Position numbers and translations under genes: made by a program. 64,000 nucleotides of DNA from Eledone cirrhosa (lineage: Eukaryota), in NCBI GenBank assembly GCA_964016885.1, contig OZ024748.1, forward strand, positions 20,708,001 to 20,772,000, given 5' to 3'. Under the pieces are notes generated by a model. That model did no database searches. It was not told the origin of the DNA and saw only the letters and a list, made by a program, of their open reading frames with translations. Of the stretch, positions 12,539 through 28,183 are shown one piece after another; positions within the stretch are counted from its first letter, which is position 1, and every line of letters starts with the position of its first letter.

Positions 12539-12570
12539 AGAGAAGAAGGAAGACGTAACTGGAAAAAGGA

Positions 12571-12602
<32 letters not shown>

Positions 12603-12928
12603 AGAAAGAGAAATGATGCGTGACCGTTGTTTTCAAATATTAAGTCAAATAGAAGCGACCAATTAAATACCATAAACTTTTTAAAATATCTTTTGTATTT
12701 GGTTATGTTTAAGCTAATTATACTAATATATTATATCAAAATTAAAACAATATAAAAATATTTTCTATGATAATCATAAGCATAGTTTAATTAATATATT
12801 TACTAAATATTTTGTTACAAAATTCACAAACATTTTTATCTATAAAGCAAGTTGAAATACATATTAAATATGTATAAGGATATTTACTACAACCTATGCA
12901 TATATCACCATCAGTATATGTATTTTAT

Positions 12929-13079
12929 ATAATTGTTTCTACTTTAGGCACAAGGCCAGCAATTACCCAGTGCATTACTGGTACTTTATTTTATCGACCC
13001 CGTAAGGATGAAAGGCAAAGTCAACCTCGGCGGGATTTGAACTCAGATCGTAAAGGGACATAACTATGCTGGAAAGCAA
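12929..13079 (-). mobile_element. SINE family A, 5'-truncated
   Basis: Reverse complement of B-box, central block and 3' end. Confidence 0.85.
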
Positions 13080-13237
13080 TGTTAAGAAATATTATCTGAA
13101 TTATTCTATTTTCATTATAAAGTTTTTTAAATTCATTGGTTGTCATTTCATTACAGGATTAATAAGTAGTTATATTTACTCTTAAAAGTATTATTATTTC
13201 GATTTTATTTCTGTGATTACATCTTATATATAGTAAA

Positions 13238-13420
13238 GGTGGATTGGCAGTATCGGTGGAGGGTCGGACGCCATGCTTTGCAGCACAGTTACGTCCCTTT
13301 ACGGACTGAGTTCAAATCCCGCCGAGGTTAACTTTGCCTTTCATCCTGACGGGGTCGATAAAATAAAGTACCAGTAATACACTGGGTAATTGCTGGCCTT
13401 GTGCCTAAAGTAGAAACAAT
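13238..13420 (+). mobile_element. SINE family A, short-tail variant
   Basis: Same structure as other copies. Confidence 0.9.
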
Positions 13421-13527
13421 TATATATAGTTTCCCTTTAAGGATTTTTCGTATATTATTAAACTGTATAAATGATGTTAAATATAACAACATCACGACCG
13501 TTGAGGCATGTCATACATCAATACATG

Positions 13528-13683
13528 TGTTTTATCTGACGAGGACGTACTGAAAAAACAGCACAGTACCTTCGAAATATATATATAATTGTTTCAACTT
13601 TTGGCACAATTTTTCTACTTTTCTACTTTTGGCCAGCAATTACCCACTGCATTACTGGTATTTTATATATATATAATAAAACA
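13528..13683 (+). ncRNA. Type I hammerhead ribozyme with a SINE fragment inside stem III
   Basis: TGTTTTAT-CTGACGA(13536-13542)-stem II-GAAA(13574-13577)-TATATATATAA-[SINE fragment]-TTATATATATAT-A-ATAAAACA. Confidence 0.8.
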
Positions 13684-13827
13684 TATATTTTGATTGATTC
13701 TGTGAATGCCTTCATTTATTAATATTTTGAAAAATATTAATAACTTCAGAAAACCTACTGTAGAGTGCTTTTAATCTATTGTAAAACTATATTCATTGAG
13801 TAATCAATGAACCATATTAATCTTTGG

Positions 13828-13895
<68 letters not shown>

Positions 13896-14042
13896 TATGA
13901 AATAATACAGCCAATTTTTCACGCAATACTTTTAGTTAACACCCCGAACGCATAATTGGGAATATAATCACTTATTTCCTAATGTTTGTTGAGTGAGTTG
14001 GAATTTGGCCGGAGTATCGCTAAAAAGCTTTCTCCGATATTG

Positions 14043-14105
<63 letters not shown>

Positions 14106-14174
14106 ATATTATTGTTGCTATTTGTTTTTTTAAATATGATTAAAATTGTTTTTATTTTTAATGAAAGTTGAGTG

Positions 14175-14350
14175 GTGGTTGATTGGCAGTGTCGGTAGAG
14201 CGGCAGACAAAATATATTGCGGTATTTCAACGTACTGAGTTTAAATCCTATTCCAGGTTCGATAAAATAAAGTACCAGTCATGTACTAGGTTAAGTATAA
14301 TCGACTTCACCTACTCCTAAATTACTGGATCAGTGTCGAAACTTAAAACT
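14175..14350 (+). mobile_element. SINE family A, degenerate with internal deletion
   Basis: TTGGCAGTGTCGGTAGAG, GAGTTTAAATCC, TCGATAAAATAAAGTACCAG. Confidence 0.65.
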
Positions 14351-14524
14351 ATATCTAATGAAAATGTACCTGTAAAAATGATTTTAAGTTAAGGGAGCTA
14401 ACTCTTAACGTCTTACAATATTAAAGAATTCTATAGTTATTTCCCTTGGTATAATATTCTCACGATGTTGTCAGCCTATTAATGACCAAGAAGACATATG
14501 ACCTGTGTGTGTGCGTGTAAAAGC

Positions 14525-14846
14525 TAAAGATGCCCTTTGATCATGAATGACCGTTGGGACTTGCACCTAGAAAGTTCTCCAAGTCCAGGCAAGGTTTGTT
14601 TAAGGAAGACCATTAGCCGCCAATGCAAACCAATCTCTCCTCTCCACACCACTGTTGTTGTCCAAGGGAAAGGCAAAGGTCAATAGAGCTTGGCACCAGT
14701 GACATCACAACTCATTTCTAGAGTTGAGTAAACTGGAGCAACGTGAAATAAAGTGTCTTGCCGAAGGACGCGATTCATCACCCGATTCGAGAATCGAACG
14801 CACAATCTCCCAATTGCAACACCTAACGCTCCAACCACTAAGCCAC
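14525..14846 (-). mobile_element. CORE-type tRNA SINE with a different, RTE-like tail
   Basis: Minus strand A-box GTGGCTTAGTGG, B-box GTTCGATTC, CORE-like CCTTCGGCAAGACACTTTATTTCAC, then CCTTTGCCTTTCCCTTGG tail. Confidence 0.7.
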
Positions 14847-14913
14847 ATACATACATACATACATACATACATACATACATACATACATACATACATACAT
14901 TCAAACATATATA

Positions 14914-15316
14914 CATGGTGGCTGCCAACTTGTTTTCGAGTATGGCCACTACTTTATATCCATGTAGGAGAACCCCTACCGATGCGCTGAACGAGTGTGA
15001 CTTTTTAGTCCAGCCAGCAACTTGAAAACTCTCGTACAAACACTACACTTGTGACAATTATTGACACATAGTGCTGGGCCCATGATACCATGTGATGACA
15101 AGTGCAGAGAGATCTCCAAATATAAAGCAATGCCTGTGCCGTGAAGCTTTTATAGTGAGCAAAGGCACTGCACAAAGCCAGCCCCACTCTCTTAACCAAG
15201 ATGATATTTACCAAAAAGAAGAACAAGTTAACATCATTGGATACCATCAGGGTTGCAGGTGTTATATCAGAGTTTTCCTTCTCCTAGAATTCTGCCTTGA
15301 CAAAGGCTAAGGGGTC
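14914..15316 (-). mobile_element. Non-autonomous retroelement embedded in (CATA)n, possibly RTE-derived
   Basis: About 260 bp closely match the inverted copy at 39019-39277; CATA repeats on both sides. Confidence 0.65.
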
Positions 15317-15429
15317 ATACATACATACATACATACATACAAACATACATACATACATACGTACATACATACATACATACATACATACATACATACATAC
15401 ATACATACATGCATACATACATACATACA

Positions 15430-18400
15430 ATGGCGACCGTTGTGGTCAGTGTCCGATAATCGGACGTGTGTAATTACGGCTTACATGAAGGCAACATACC
15501 ATATATTGGAAAAAGTTGAGCTACATTACGCGGTAAGATTACATACAATAATTCTACATAAGTGTTTGAACTGTAAGTGTGTTGTAAAACACCTATTTAT
15601 ATGAACGATACATACACTTATGATATATGAACGATACATACACTTATAAATGCAACGTTGTTATATTACATTTATAAAGAAATATACAAGTAACGTTTTC
15701 GATTCAAAAACAAAAACATAAGTGTTTGAACTGTGAATATGTTGTGAATAAGTTGTAGAACACCTGTTTATATGAATGATACATAAATTTTAACATATAA
15801 ATACAGCGTTGTTATATTATATTATATTCATAAAGAAATATACTAAGTAACGGTTCTTTTTGTTCTCGATTCAAACGATTCAAGAACAACGTTTAAAACA
15901 CAGTTGTAGAATTAAAAACTAACTGAAAAGAAATATTACCCAAGCTGTGAATAACTTTAAATTTGATTCTGACAGAACTTTGTCGAAACTTTTAAAGAAG
16001 ATCATCGACTATTTTGAAAAGTAAATACGAAATATTAGTGAATAGACGAACTCATCATGGTAAAAAGTACAAGTCTCCTTCGACCAAATCGCAACTACAA
16101 CCGTTGTATACAGTGGAGCTACGAGCTTAACAAAGTATTATATGAAGCATACAAACAATCTGAACCCCAAAAGTTCGGTTTTATGCAAAGGCTAAAAACT
16201 TTATGGAACTCCAAACACCCAGAATTAGACTTTTCTCCAAAGCATTTAAATGAACAGGCAAAACGTATCATTAGATGTAAATTAATACATCTAACGGAAT
16301 TGAGTGATACTACAAATACAGCCCTTGTAGACAACCACCCCACCTCCACTGACAGACAAAGAGAATGGCCAGCTAAATCTAACAGTGAACAGCTCACCAA
16401 CAATTTTGCTGAGATCCATCCCACTTCCACTGAAGAACAGCGAGAAAGGTCAGCTAACTCTAGTAGTAATTGTCACCACATCAACAATGAGGCTGAAATT
16501 CATGACTCTACTGAACAAACAGATCACCAAAAACTTGTGGACACCCTACAAGTGATATGGAATGTTTCAAGAGATACACAGCCTTAATGTGAGTGACAGA
16601 CCATACAACACCAGAATCAGTAAAGAACCCACTAAATTGGAATTGGAAGCGGTGAACGAAATAGCTGACAATTATCTGAAGGCTATACGATCTAAAGGTG
16701 TAGAAACGACATTTGAAACGCTTAATGTTTTGTTATATGTTTCACCTGTCACATTGCTATCATATAACACACATCTAAAACCACGCAATCAAGATACAAA
16801 CAGAAAGCCTGAACCAGCGTGGATGCGAAATTTAAAAAGCAAAATTTTGTCCCTGAGATGAAGTATCTCACACATCGCAGTCGTTATGAAATGCAACATA
16901 GAGAGCAACTTCACACGACACCAGGAAGACCTAAAAAAAAAGTTAGAGAGACGATTTGGAGATACAAAATTTAAAACTTTGAACTCCAAATTACACCAGT
17001 TAAAACAAAACTCACAGCTACAACAGAAAGACTAAAATATAAGTCAACAGCACATAAACGACAAGTGCTAAATAGATTGTTTGCGAGAGATCCTAAATCA
17101 GTTTATCGCAGCTTCGGTGGCAAAAGCTCAATTCCTGTAAACGACAACCCTTCAAAAGAACAGGTTGAGAGCTACTGGAGATCTGTATGGGAAAGGGATG
17201 ACGGATTCAACAGACAAACTAATTGGCTAAAAGAACTGGAACAGGACTACTGCCAACATGTCCAGACAAAACAATATGACATAGATGGGTCAATACTGGA
17301 AACAGCTCTACAGAAAATGTCGAATAGGAAATCGCCAGGCCCAGACCTCATTACAGGATACTGGTTGAAGAATTTCACTTTCTATCGGCAAGATCTCATA
17401 CGGCTGTTTACAGAAACCATTAAAGGCACACAAGAACTGCCCAGATGGTTATCAACTGCCACTACTCTCCTCATTCCCCAAAATAGCCAAACCACCCTTG
17501 CTAAAAATTACCGCCCAATAGCCTGCCAAAACATCATGTATAAATTATATACTGGGTGCCTTAACCTGTTCTTACAGGATCACTGTGCTACCAACAACAT
17601 CATAACACCTGAGCAAGCTGGTGGAAAGAGGGAGGTGTGGGGTTGCATAGATCACCTACTAACAAAATGATTCAGGAAAAAACAACAAAGAATCGCAGAA
17701 ACATGACTGTGGTGTGGCTGGACTATCAAAAAGCATTTGATAGTGTACCTCATGGGTGGATTATTAAGGCTTTACAGTTAGCTAAAGTCCCACAACCATT
17801 GGTAGCTGCTGTTGAATGCCTGACCAAGAACTGGTACACCAATTTGATCCTTAGAGGTGAGAAGGAGCAAGTTAAGACTGATAAGATACATTACCAGAAG
17901 GGCATCTTTCAGGGTGATAGCTTGTCAGTGCTACTCTTCGTTCTCTCACTGAATCCACTATCTTACCTACTCAGGAAACAAGGTGGACAAAGAAGTGGGC
18001 CCAGAAGTATCTCCCATCTTTTCTTTGTTGATGACCTGAAGTTGTATGGGCCAAATATCAATGACATCAAGAAACAATTGGACCTCATTACACAATTTTC
18101 AACCGACATCAAAATGAAATTTGGTGAGTCCAAGTGTGCATATTTGGCAGTAAAACGTGGAAGAGCTGTGCCCTCCTCTAAAAATCTAGAGATGAATGGC
18201 CTGGCAATACAACCTCTACAGTCAGGTGACAACTACAGATATCTTGGACAGGATGAGAATGTCAGATATGATGGACCCATAAATAAGGAGAGAACCAGAA
18301 CTGAATACCTCAGAAGAGTGAAGAAAATATGATCATCAGAACTGTCAGCGTACAACAAATACATTGCCCACAAATACATTGCCAATTCTAACGCCAACAT

Positions 18401-19750
18401 TTGGCCTGCTGAACTGGTCATTGCAAGAACTAAGTGAGATGGATGTTAGAACTCGAAAACTTCTCAGTGTTACTGGCAACTTTAACATCAATGGTGATGT
18501 GGATAGGCTATACTTCTCACGCAAGGAAGGTGGCCGGGGTTTAAAATCAATATTAACAACATATGAGACCCGGATAGTAACACTGAAGCAACACCTTCAA
18601 CAGAGGAAAAAGGTTGGCAACCATCTTGCCCAGGTTTATGAGCATGAAAAAAAAAATCATTAGAATAGCGACTGATCTGGAGGAGAGATATGGAATAAAG
18701 CCTGATATAAATCTCTCACCCAGAGAAATCGGAAGATCCTATTCAATGTTCAAACAAGATAAAAAAATTGACCAATTTACAGAAAAAGCTGTGCATGGAT
18801 ACTTGAGACGTAAAACACAGACCATAGAGGGGATAAACCACTCAGAAAGCCTGGCATGGAGTTCCGACAAGTTTATGACATCACACCTTGAGGGATATCT
18901 CTATGCAATACAGGAACAAGAACTCCCTACCAAATATCTGCTGCACAAAAGAGGAGGGCCAGCAGCTGACAATAAATGTAGGCTATGTAAAACAAAGATC
19001 GAGGATGTAAGCCACATTGTTGCCAGCTGCGAAAGAATGTCATCTCGCTACTACCTCCCCATGAGACACGATGGGATAGCTAGAACCATCTGGAACGCAC
19101 TTCGGAAAACAAAATTAACAACAAACGAGGAAGAATATATTGAGACAGATGGCACTAAGGAATACTGGTGGAACCTGAAAATAAAAACTGCCACCAAATT
19201 AAAGCACAACCGGCCTGATATTGTAGTTTGGGACCACACATTGAAAACGTGTTCTGTTGTGGAGATCAGCTGCCCACTTGATGTAAACGTTGTCAGAAAA
19301 ATACAGGAGAAGGAGGACATCTACGGACCATTGATGAGGAGTTTACAAATCCAGTATCCAAGATACACCTTTAGCTTCATACCCATCATTATTGGTGCTA
19401 CGGGTTATATACCAACCCGCTTGGACCAAAGTATGACTGAACTTGGATTTGCGGACAAAGAACGTAGCTCCCTAATTCATAGTCTACAAATGGCTGCGAT
19501 AGCTGGCGCCTTCAAAATTTGCAAAACATTCTTGCGATTCAAGGGATGACAATTTCTTTTCTCATACAACCTTGCCACCAGGAAGGTGGCCGGTCAAAAA
19601 AAATATACTCGAAATTAAGAGAAAGAGATAACATTCAGGGTGTCAGCCAGTTAAACGTTAATTTCACGAGTAAGCAGTTCCGTTGATTGAATCAACTGGA
19701 GCAAGCCTCGTAGGAAACGGCTGAGATCCAACCACAACAACAACAACGAC
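15430..19750 (+). mobile_element. Near full-length decayed RLE-type non-LTR retrotransposon (R4/Dong-like)
   Basis: Colinear ORF pieces 16057-19549 with YRPIAC, WLDYQKAFDSVPH, GIFQGDSLS, FVDDLK, CCHC (CRLC..HIVASC), RHD and RPDIV..VVEISCP endonuclease motifs; ends in (CAA)n. Confidence 0.92.
16057..19549 (+). pseudogene. RT + zinc knuckle + restriction-like endonuclease ORF with several frameshifts and stops
   Basis: Breaks near 16565, 16860, 17010, 17660, 18330-18375 and 18655. Confidence 0.9.
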
Positions 19751-19756
19751 AAGAAT

Positions 19757-22575
<2,819 letters not shown>

Positions 22576-23550
22576 ATGTAGAATCTCCTCAGTACTTTCA
22601 ATTTTTAGATGTAAGACAGGCAAAAGTTTACCGTGAATTTATTAGAATTTCTCTATGAACATGTCTCTTTAGTCTAGTATCTTTTGGTTTTTACCAAAAG
22701 AGCTGCCAGTCATTGTTTGGAAGAATACTCAAAGTACTGCAGATGGTTCCAGCTTTCATGTAATTCTTTATCAATGACAAAATCTCTTCAAGTGATTAAA
22801 AACTTTCTTTTTTACATGCAGTGAACAAATTAGAAGTTTAGTATGTTCATTCTTTCGTCAGTTATTTTTCTAATTCCTACATCAAGATAACTAAAAGGAA
22901 AAGCAATTATGATGTTAACGTATTAAAAACTTCGTTGACGCTGTTCTTTCTGAATGAAACGCTTCTTCTTCTTCTTCTTCTTCTTCTTCTTCTTCTTCTT
23001 CTTCTTCTTCTTCTTCTTCTTCTTCTTCTTCTTCTTCTTCTTCTTCTTCTTTACGGTGTTGTCGTTATTGTCATAAAATATATCATGTGAACAAACTGCA
23101 CCCTGACAAATAGATTAGATGAATATGTCATAAAACATCCCTTATACAACATAATAGAACATGTGTTGGTCCCCAGTTAAGAGGTTGCTTTGATGATTCA
23201 TTACAAAAGTTAAATAACAAATCAACAGTCGGAATTAGAAATGTCTTCTTCGGCAACAAATCACATATCTGCAATGGCTGAATATCTAAATGGCTGGTAA
23301 AAATCTAGTTCCGGTTCTCTTTATTCTGGGTTCAAACTTTGCCTGTCTTCCTTTAGAAGTTGATACATGAAGTACCAGTCTAATACTGGGGTCGATTTTA
23401 TCACACTTACAACTGTATAAGTGTATGTGCGTGGGATGTTTATTGGGTTGTTGATGGTTCTGGCGACCAGTATTCCAGTTGTTTTATCAAGGCGACAGCA
23501 TACTCATGAAATTATCGTCCAAGTGGCTGAGCATTCTACAGGCAAAGTTT

Positions 23551-23710
23551 ATTAAATCAACCCCAGTACTTATCTGGTACTTTATTTTATCGAACCCCGA
23601 AAGGATGAAAGACAAAGTTGACCTGGATGGGATTTGATCTCAGAATGTAAAGAGACAGAACAAATAGCGCAATAGTATTTTATCTGACGCACTTCCAATT
23701 TTGCCAATCC
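23551..23710 (-). mobile_element. SINE family A, diverged
   Basis: CTGGTACTTTATTTTATCGA..GGATGAAAG..TTGCCAATCC. Confidence 0.75.
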
Positions 23711-25167
23711 CCTACAGTCTACCTTTATTAACATTACCACACGTAAATAGCTTGACGTGTGAGTTCAAATCCTACATACGTTGATATATTGATATATTAT
23801 TGACATTTCAGTTTAAACATTCCAGTTTAACATTTTAATCATCCCCAACGGAATGAGATAACAAACAAACAAACAACAAGAAAACCAGCAGCAACAACAA
23901 CAAGCCACGGCAACAAATCTCTGGCAATATGAGTTATGGAAGAGATTTTGATTTAAAATGTTTAAAAATTCAATTGAAGTGAAATGAAATTTTATTTCAG
24001 GTATATAATTGAATTAATCTAATTTAAATTTCTTCTTCTTCTTCTTCTTCTTCTTCTTCTTCTTCTTCTTCTTCTTCTTCTTCTTCTTCTTCTTCTTCTT
24101 CTTCTTCTTCTTCTTCTTCTTCTTCTTCTTCTTCTTCTTCAATACAATGAGATATTCTGATATAGATGAAGACGGTAAATAGGAATCTATTGAATTATGT
24201 ATCTGTCTGTCTATCTGTATGTATGTGTATTATATGTATATAGGTATATTTACATGTAGGTGTGTATATATATATGCGTGTGTGTGTGTGTGTGTCTGTG
24301 TCTGTGTCTGTGTGTGTATGTGTGTGTATCCATATATATATATATATTTAACCTACATATATGTTTAACCTTTATATATATATATATACATATATACACA
24401 CACACGTTTGAAAATGTGTTTGCGCGCATGTGTAAGTGAACATACATGTCATAAATAATGTCTTTGGTGGCATCAAGTGCCAATGGCAATGGGCAGGAAA
24501 AACCTGTTAATAAACCTCATAGAGACGGAAAATTTTTGTTATATTTTATATTGAAATGATAAAAAAAAAATGGCGTCTGTGTGATATTCGCTGAAAGCTT
24601 CGGCGAACGACACGTCATTATAACAGCAGCGAAAATGACTACCTTGATTTATTAACTCTAACGGAATCGAATAACTACAGCTTTAGATTGTTTGACAAGA
24701 GAGACTATTATAGAGTTAGTAAACCTGATAGAAAAATGCAATATTTTTTTGTCAGTCGCTCGGGAGATTTTTAATTAATTCGGGAAAAAAAAAATTTTTT
24801 TTTTTAAATATTGAAATGTGCGAAAATATGAATGTGATGGTGATGGTTGGCTGTTGAATAAATTCTAAGACTTGCAGTCTTAGAATTGCTGAATATGGTA
24901 TTTTTGTTTGTTTATTTTGTCTGATTGTTTGTTTTATGTCGTCGTCGTTGTTGTTGTTGTTGTTGTTGTTGTTTTCTTGTTAAGTGGGAAGTTTTAGTGT
25001 TTTCTGATGAAAATTATATTTGGGGCTATTGCTGTTACTACATTTAATGTTTGCAAATAAATCACACACACTGACACACACATACACATATTCACACGCA
25101 CACAAACACACACACTCTCTCTCACTCTTTCTCATTTCTGTCTTTCTCTCTCTCTCTAATTATCATT

Positions 25168-26596
25168 CGAGTGTGTGTGTGTGTATATATGTATGTATAT
25201 ATTTATGTATGTATGTATGTATGTATGCATGTACGTATATATGCATGTACGTATGTATGTATGTATTTACGTATGTATGTGTGTGCGAGTGTGTGTGTGT
25301 GTATATATCTATGTATATATTTATGTATGTATGTGGATTGGCAGCGTCGGTAGAGGGTCGGACGCCATGCTTTGACGCATAGAGTTACGGCCCTTGCCAT
25401 TCTGAGTTCAAATCCCGCCGAGGTTAACTTTGCCTTTCATCCTTACGGGGTCGATAAAATAAAGTACCAGTAATGTACTGGGTAATTGTTGGCCTTGTGC
25501 CAAAAGTAGAAACAATTATCATTGACATCGTTTATAAACGTATATACATATGTATATATGTATGTATATATTTATGTATGTATGTATGTATGTATGTATG
25601 TATGCATGTACGTATATATGCATGTACGTATGTATGTATGTATTTATGTATGTATGTATGCATGTACGTATATATGCATGTACGTATGTATGTATGTATT
25701 TATGTATGTATGTGTGTGCGAGTGTGTGTGTGTATATGTATGTATATATTTATGTATGTATGTATGTATGCATGTACGTATATATACATGTACGTATGTA
25801 TGTATTTATGTATGTATGTGTGTGCGAGTGTGTGTATATATGTATGTATATATTTATGTATGTATGTATACATGTACGTATATATGCATGTACGTATGTA
25901 TGTATGTATTTATGTATGTATGTGTGTGCGAGTGTGTGTATATATGTATGTATATATTTATGTATGTATGTATGTATGCATGTACGTATATATGCATGTA
26001 CGTATGTATGTATTTATGTATATATGTGTGTGCGAGTGTGTGTGTATATATATGTATGTATATATTTATGTATGTATGTATGCATGTACGTATATATGCA
26101 TGTACGTATGTATGTATGTATTTATGTATGTATGTGTGTGCGAGTGTGTGTATATATGTATGTATATATTTATGTATGTATGTATGTATGCATGTACGTA
26201 TAAATGCATGTACGTATGTATGTATGTATTTATGTATGTATGTGTGTGCGAGTGTGTGTGTGTGTATATATGTATGTATATATTTATGTATGTATGTATG
26301 TATGTATGTATGTATGTATGTATGCATGTACGTATAAATGCATGTACGTATGTATGTATGTATTTATGTATGTATGTGTGTGCGAGTGTGTGTGTATATA
26401 TATGTATGTATATATTTATGTATGTATGTATGCATGTACGTATATATGTATGTACGTATGTATGTATGTATTTATGTATGTATGTGTGTGCGAGTGTGTG
26501 TGTGTGTATATATGTATGTATATATTTATGTATGTATGTATGTATGCATGTACGTATAAATGTATGTACGTATGTATGTATGTATTTATGTATGTA

Positions 26597-26639
<43 letters not shown>

Positions 26640-27405
26640 ACATTTATGTATGTATGTATGCATGTACGTATATATACATGTACGTATGTATGTATTTATG
26701 TATGTATGTGTGTGCGAGTGTGTGTGTGTGTATATATGTATGTATATATTTATGCATGTATGTATGTGTGCATGTACGTATATATGCATGTACGTATGTA
26801 TGTATGTATTTATGTATGTATGTGTGTGCGAGTGTGTGTATATATGTATGTATATATTTATGTATGTATGTATGCATGTACGTATATATGCATGTACGTA
26901 TGTATGTATGTATTTATGTATGTGTGTGCGAGTATGTGTGTGTGTATATATGTATGTATATATTTATGTATGTATGAATGTGTGCATGTACGTATATATG
27001 CATGTACGTATGTATGTATGTATTTATGTATGTATGTGTGTGCGAGTGTGTGTGTTTGTATATATGTATGTATATATTTATGTATGTATGTATGTATGCA
27101 TGTACGTATATATACATGTACGTATGTATGTATTTATGTATGTATGTGTGTGCGAGTGTGTGTGTGTGTATATATGTATGTATATATTTATGTATGTATG
27201 AATGTGTGCATGTACGTATATATGCATGTACGTATGTATGTATGTATTTATGTATGTATGTGTGTGCGAGTGTGTGTATATATGTATGTATATATTTATG
27301 TATGTATGTATGCATGTACGTATATATGCATGTACGTATGTATGTATGTATTTATGTATGTATGTGTGTGCGAGTGTGTGTGTGTGTGTATATGTATGTA
27401 TGTAT
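25168..27405. repeat. Higher-order microsatellite array (unit of about 95-120 bp made of TATG/GT blocks with GCATGTACG and GCGAG markers)
   Basis: About 18-20 recurring units, interrupted by a SINE. Confidence 0.9.
25333..25518 (+). mobile_element. SINE family A, short-tail variant
   Basis: Same structure as other copies. Confidence 0.9.
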
Positions 27406-27410
27406 TTTAT

Positions 27411-28183
27411 GTCAGGTCGCTCTTCAGCGCTACTGGTAACATGTAAACCAGTACAATCTGTGCATGGTCGGGTTGTCGATGAATAAACCGGCAACCCCAC
27501 CAAGCTAAACTTGCTTGGTGAGGTAGATGATTTTGGACACCCTGCGGGATGAGAAAACGAAACAGGTCAAAGGTCGGAAGAACTCATAAGAGTCAACCGT
27601 TATCCAAACGTTTACCAGAAGGAAACTCTGGTAGAAAACTTGAAGTTGCTGGTCGTCCGAACCTATGTTGGACCATCGGCTTCCCTCGCTGGTTTGGTCT
27701 GAAAAGTGGGAGTTGTTCTGAGCAAGCCACGTCCACTATAATCAAATGCACGCACAGGAACTTCCTAGACCCTAAACAGATTACAGACGTTTCATTTTAA
27801 AAAGACCTGTGGCTATGTGTACAGGCCTTACAAATTGGAAGTTTGTAGTAGCAAACCCACAAGTAGGTGACTTGGGATATTGGTCGCTTTGTTTCCAAAC
27901 ATAGGTAATGGAATGACTCAGCAGCACCCCAAGTGACTGAGCAGCCCTCTCTAGGGATAGCACTGATCACCTGCTAGCCAGGAGGGACCTATAAAAGGTG
28001 GTCTAAAAGCGGTTTACCTATATCTAAGCTGGCAAGCAACACGTGGCAGAATAAATATTACGTAAATGAAATGACTAAGACAAACAATGGACAGAATACA
28101 ACATCTTCCATGACATCTAATGACGTTCTAAGAAGTGGCCGTGGTCGGACATGAGTAGGCTTTCCACTAATGTATGTATGTAT
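27411..28183 (+). mobile_element. Non-autonomous LINE derivative (RTE-like) with (ATGT)n tail
   Basis: First 190 nt homologous to 31443-31628; no ORF; ends in a microsatellite tail. Confidence 0.55.

Noticed and set aside
15430-15500. HDV-like ribozyme at the LINE 5' end
   Set aside because: Two small hairpins are visible but I could not build the nested double pseudoknot.
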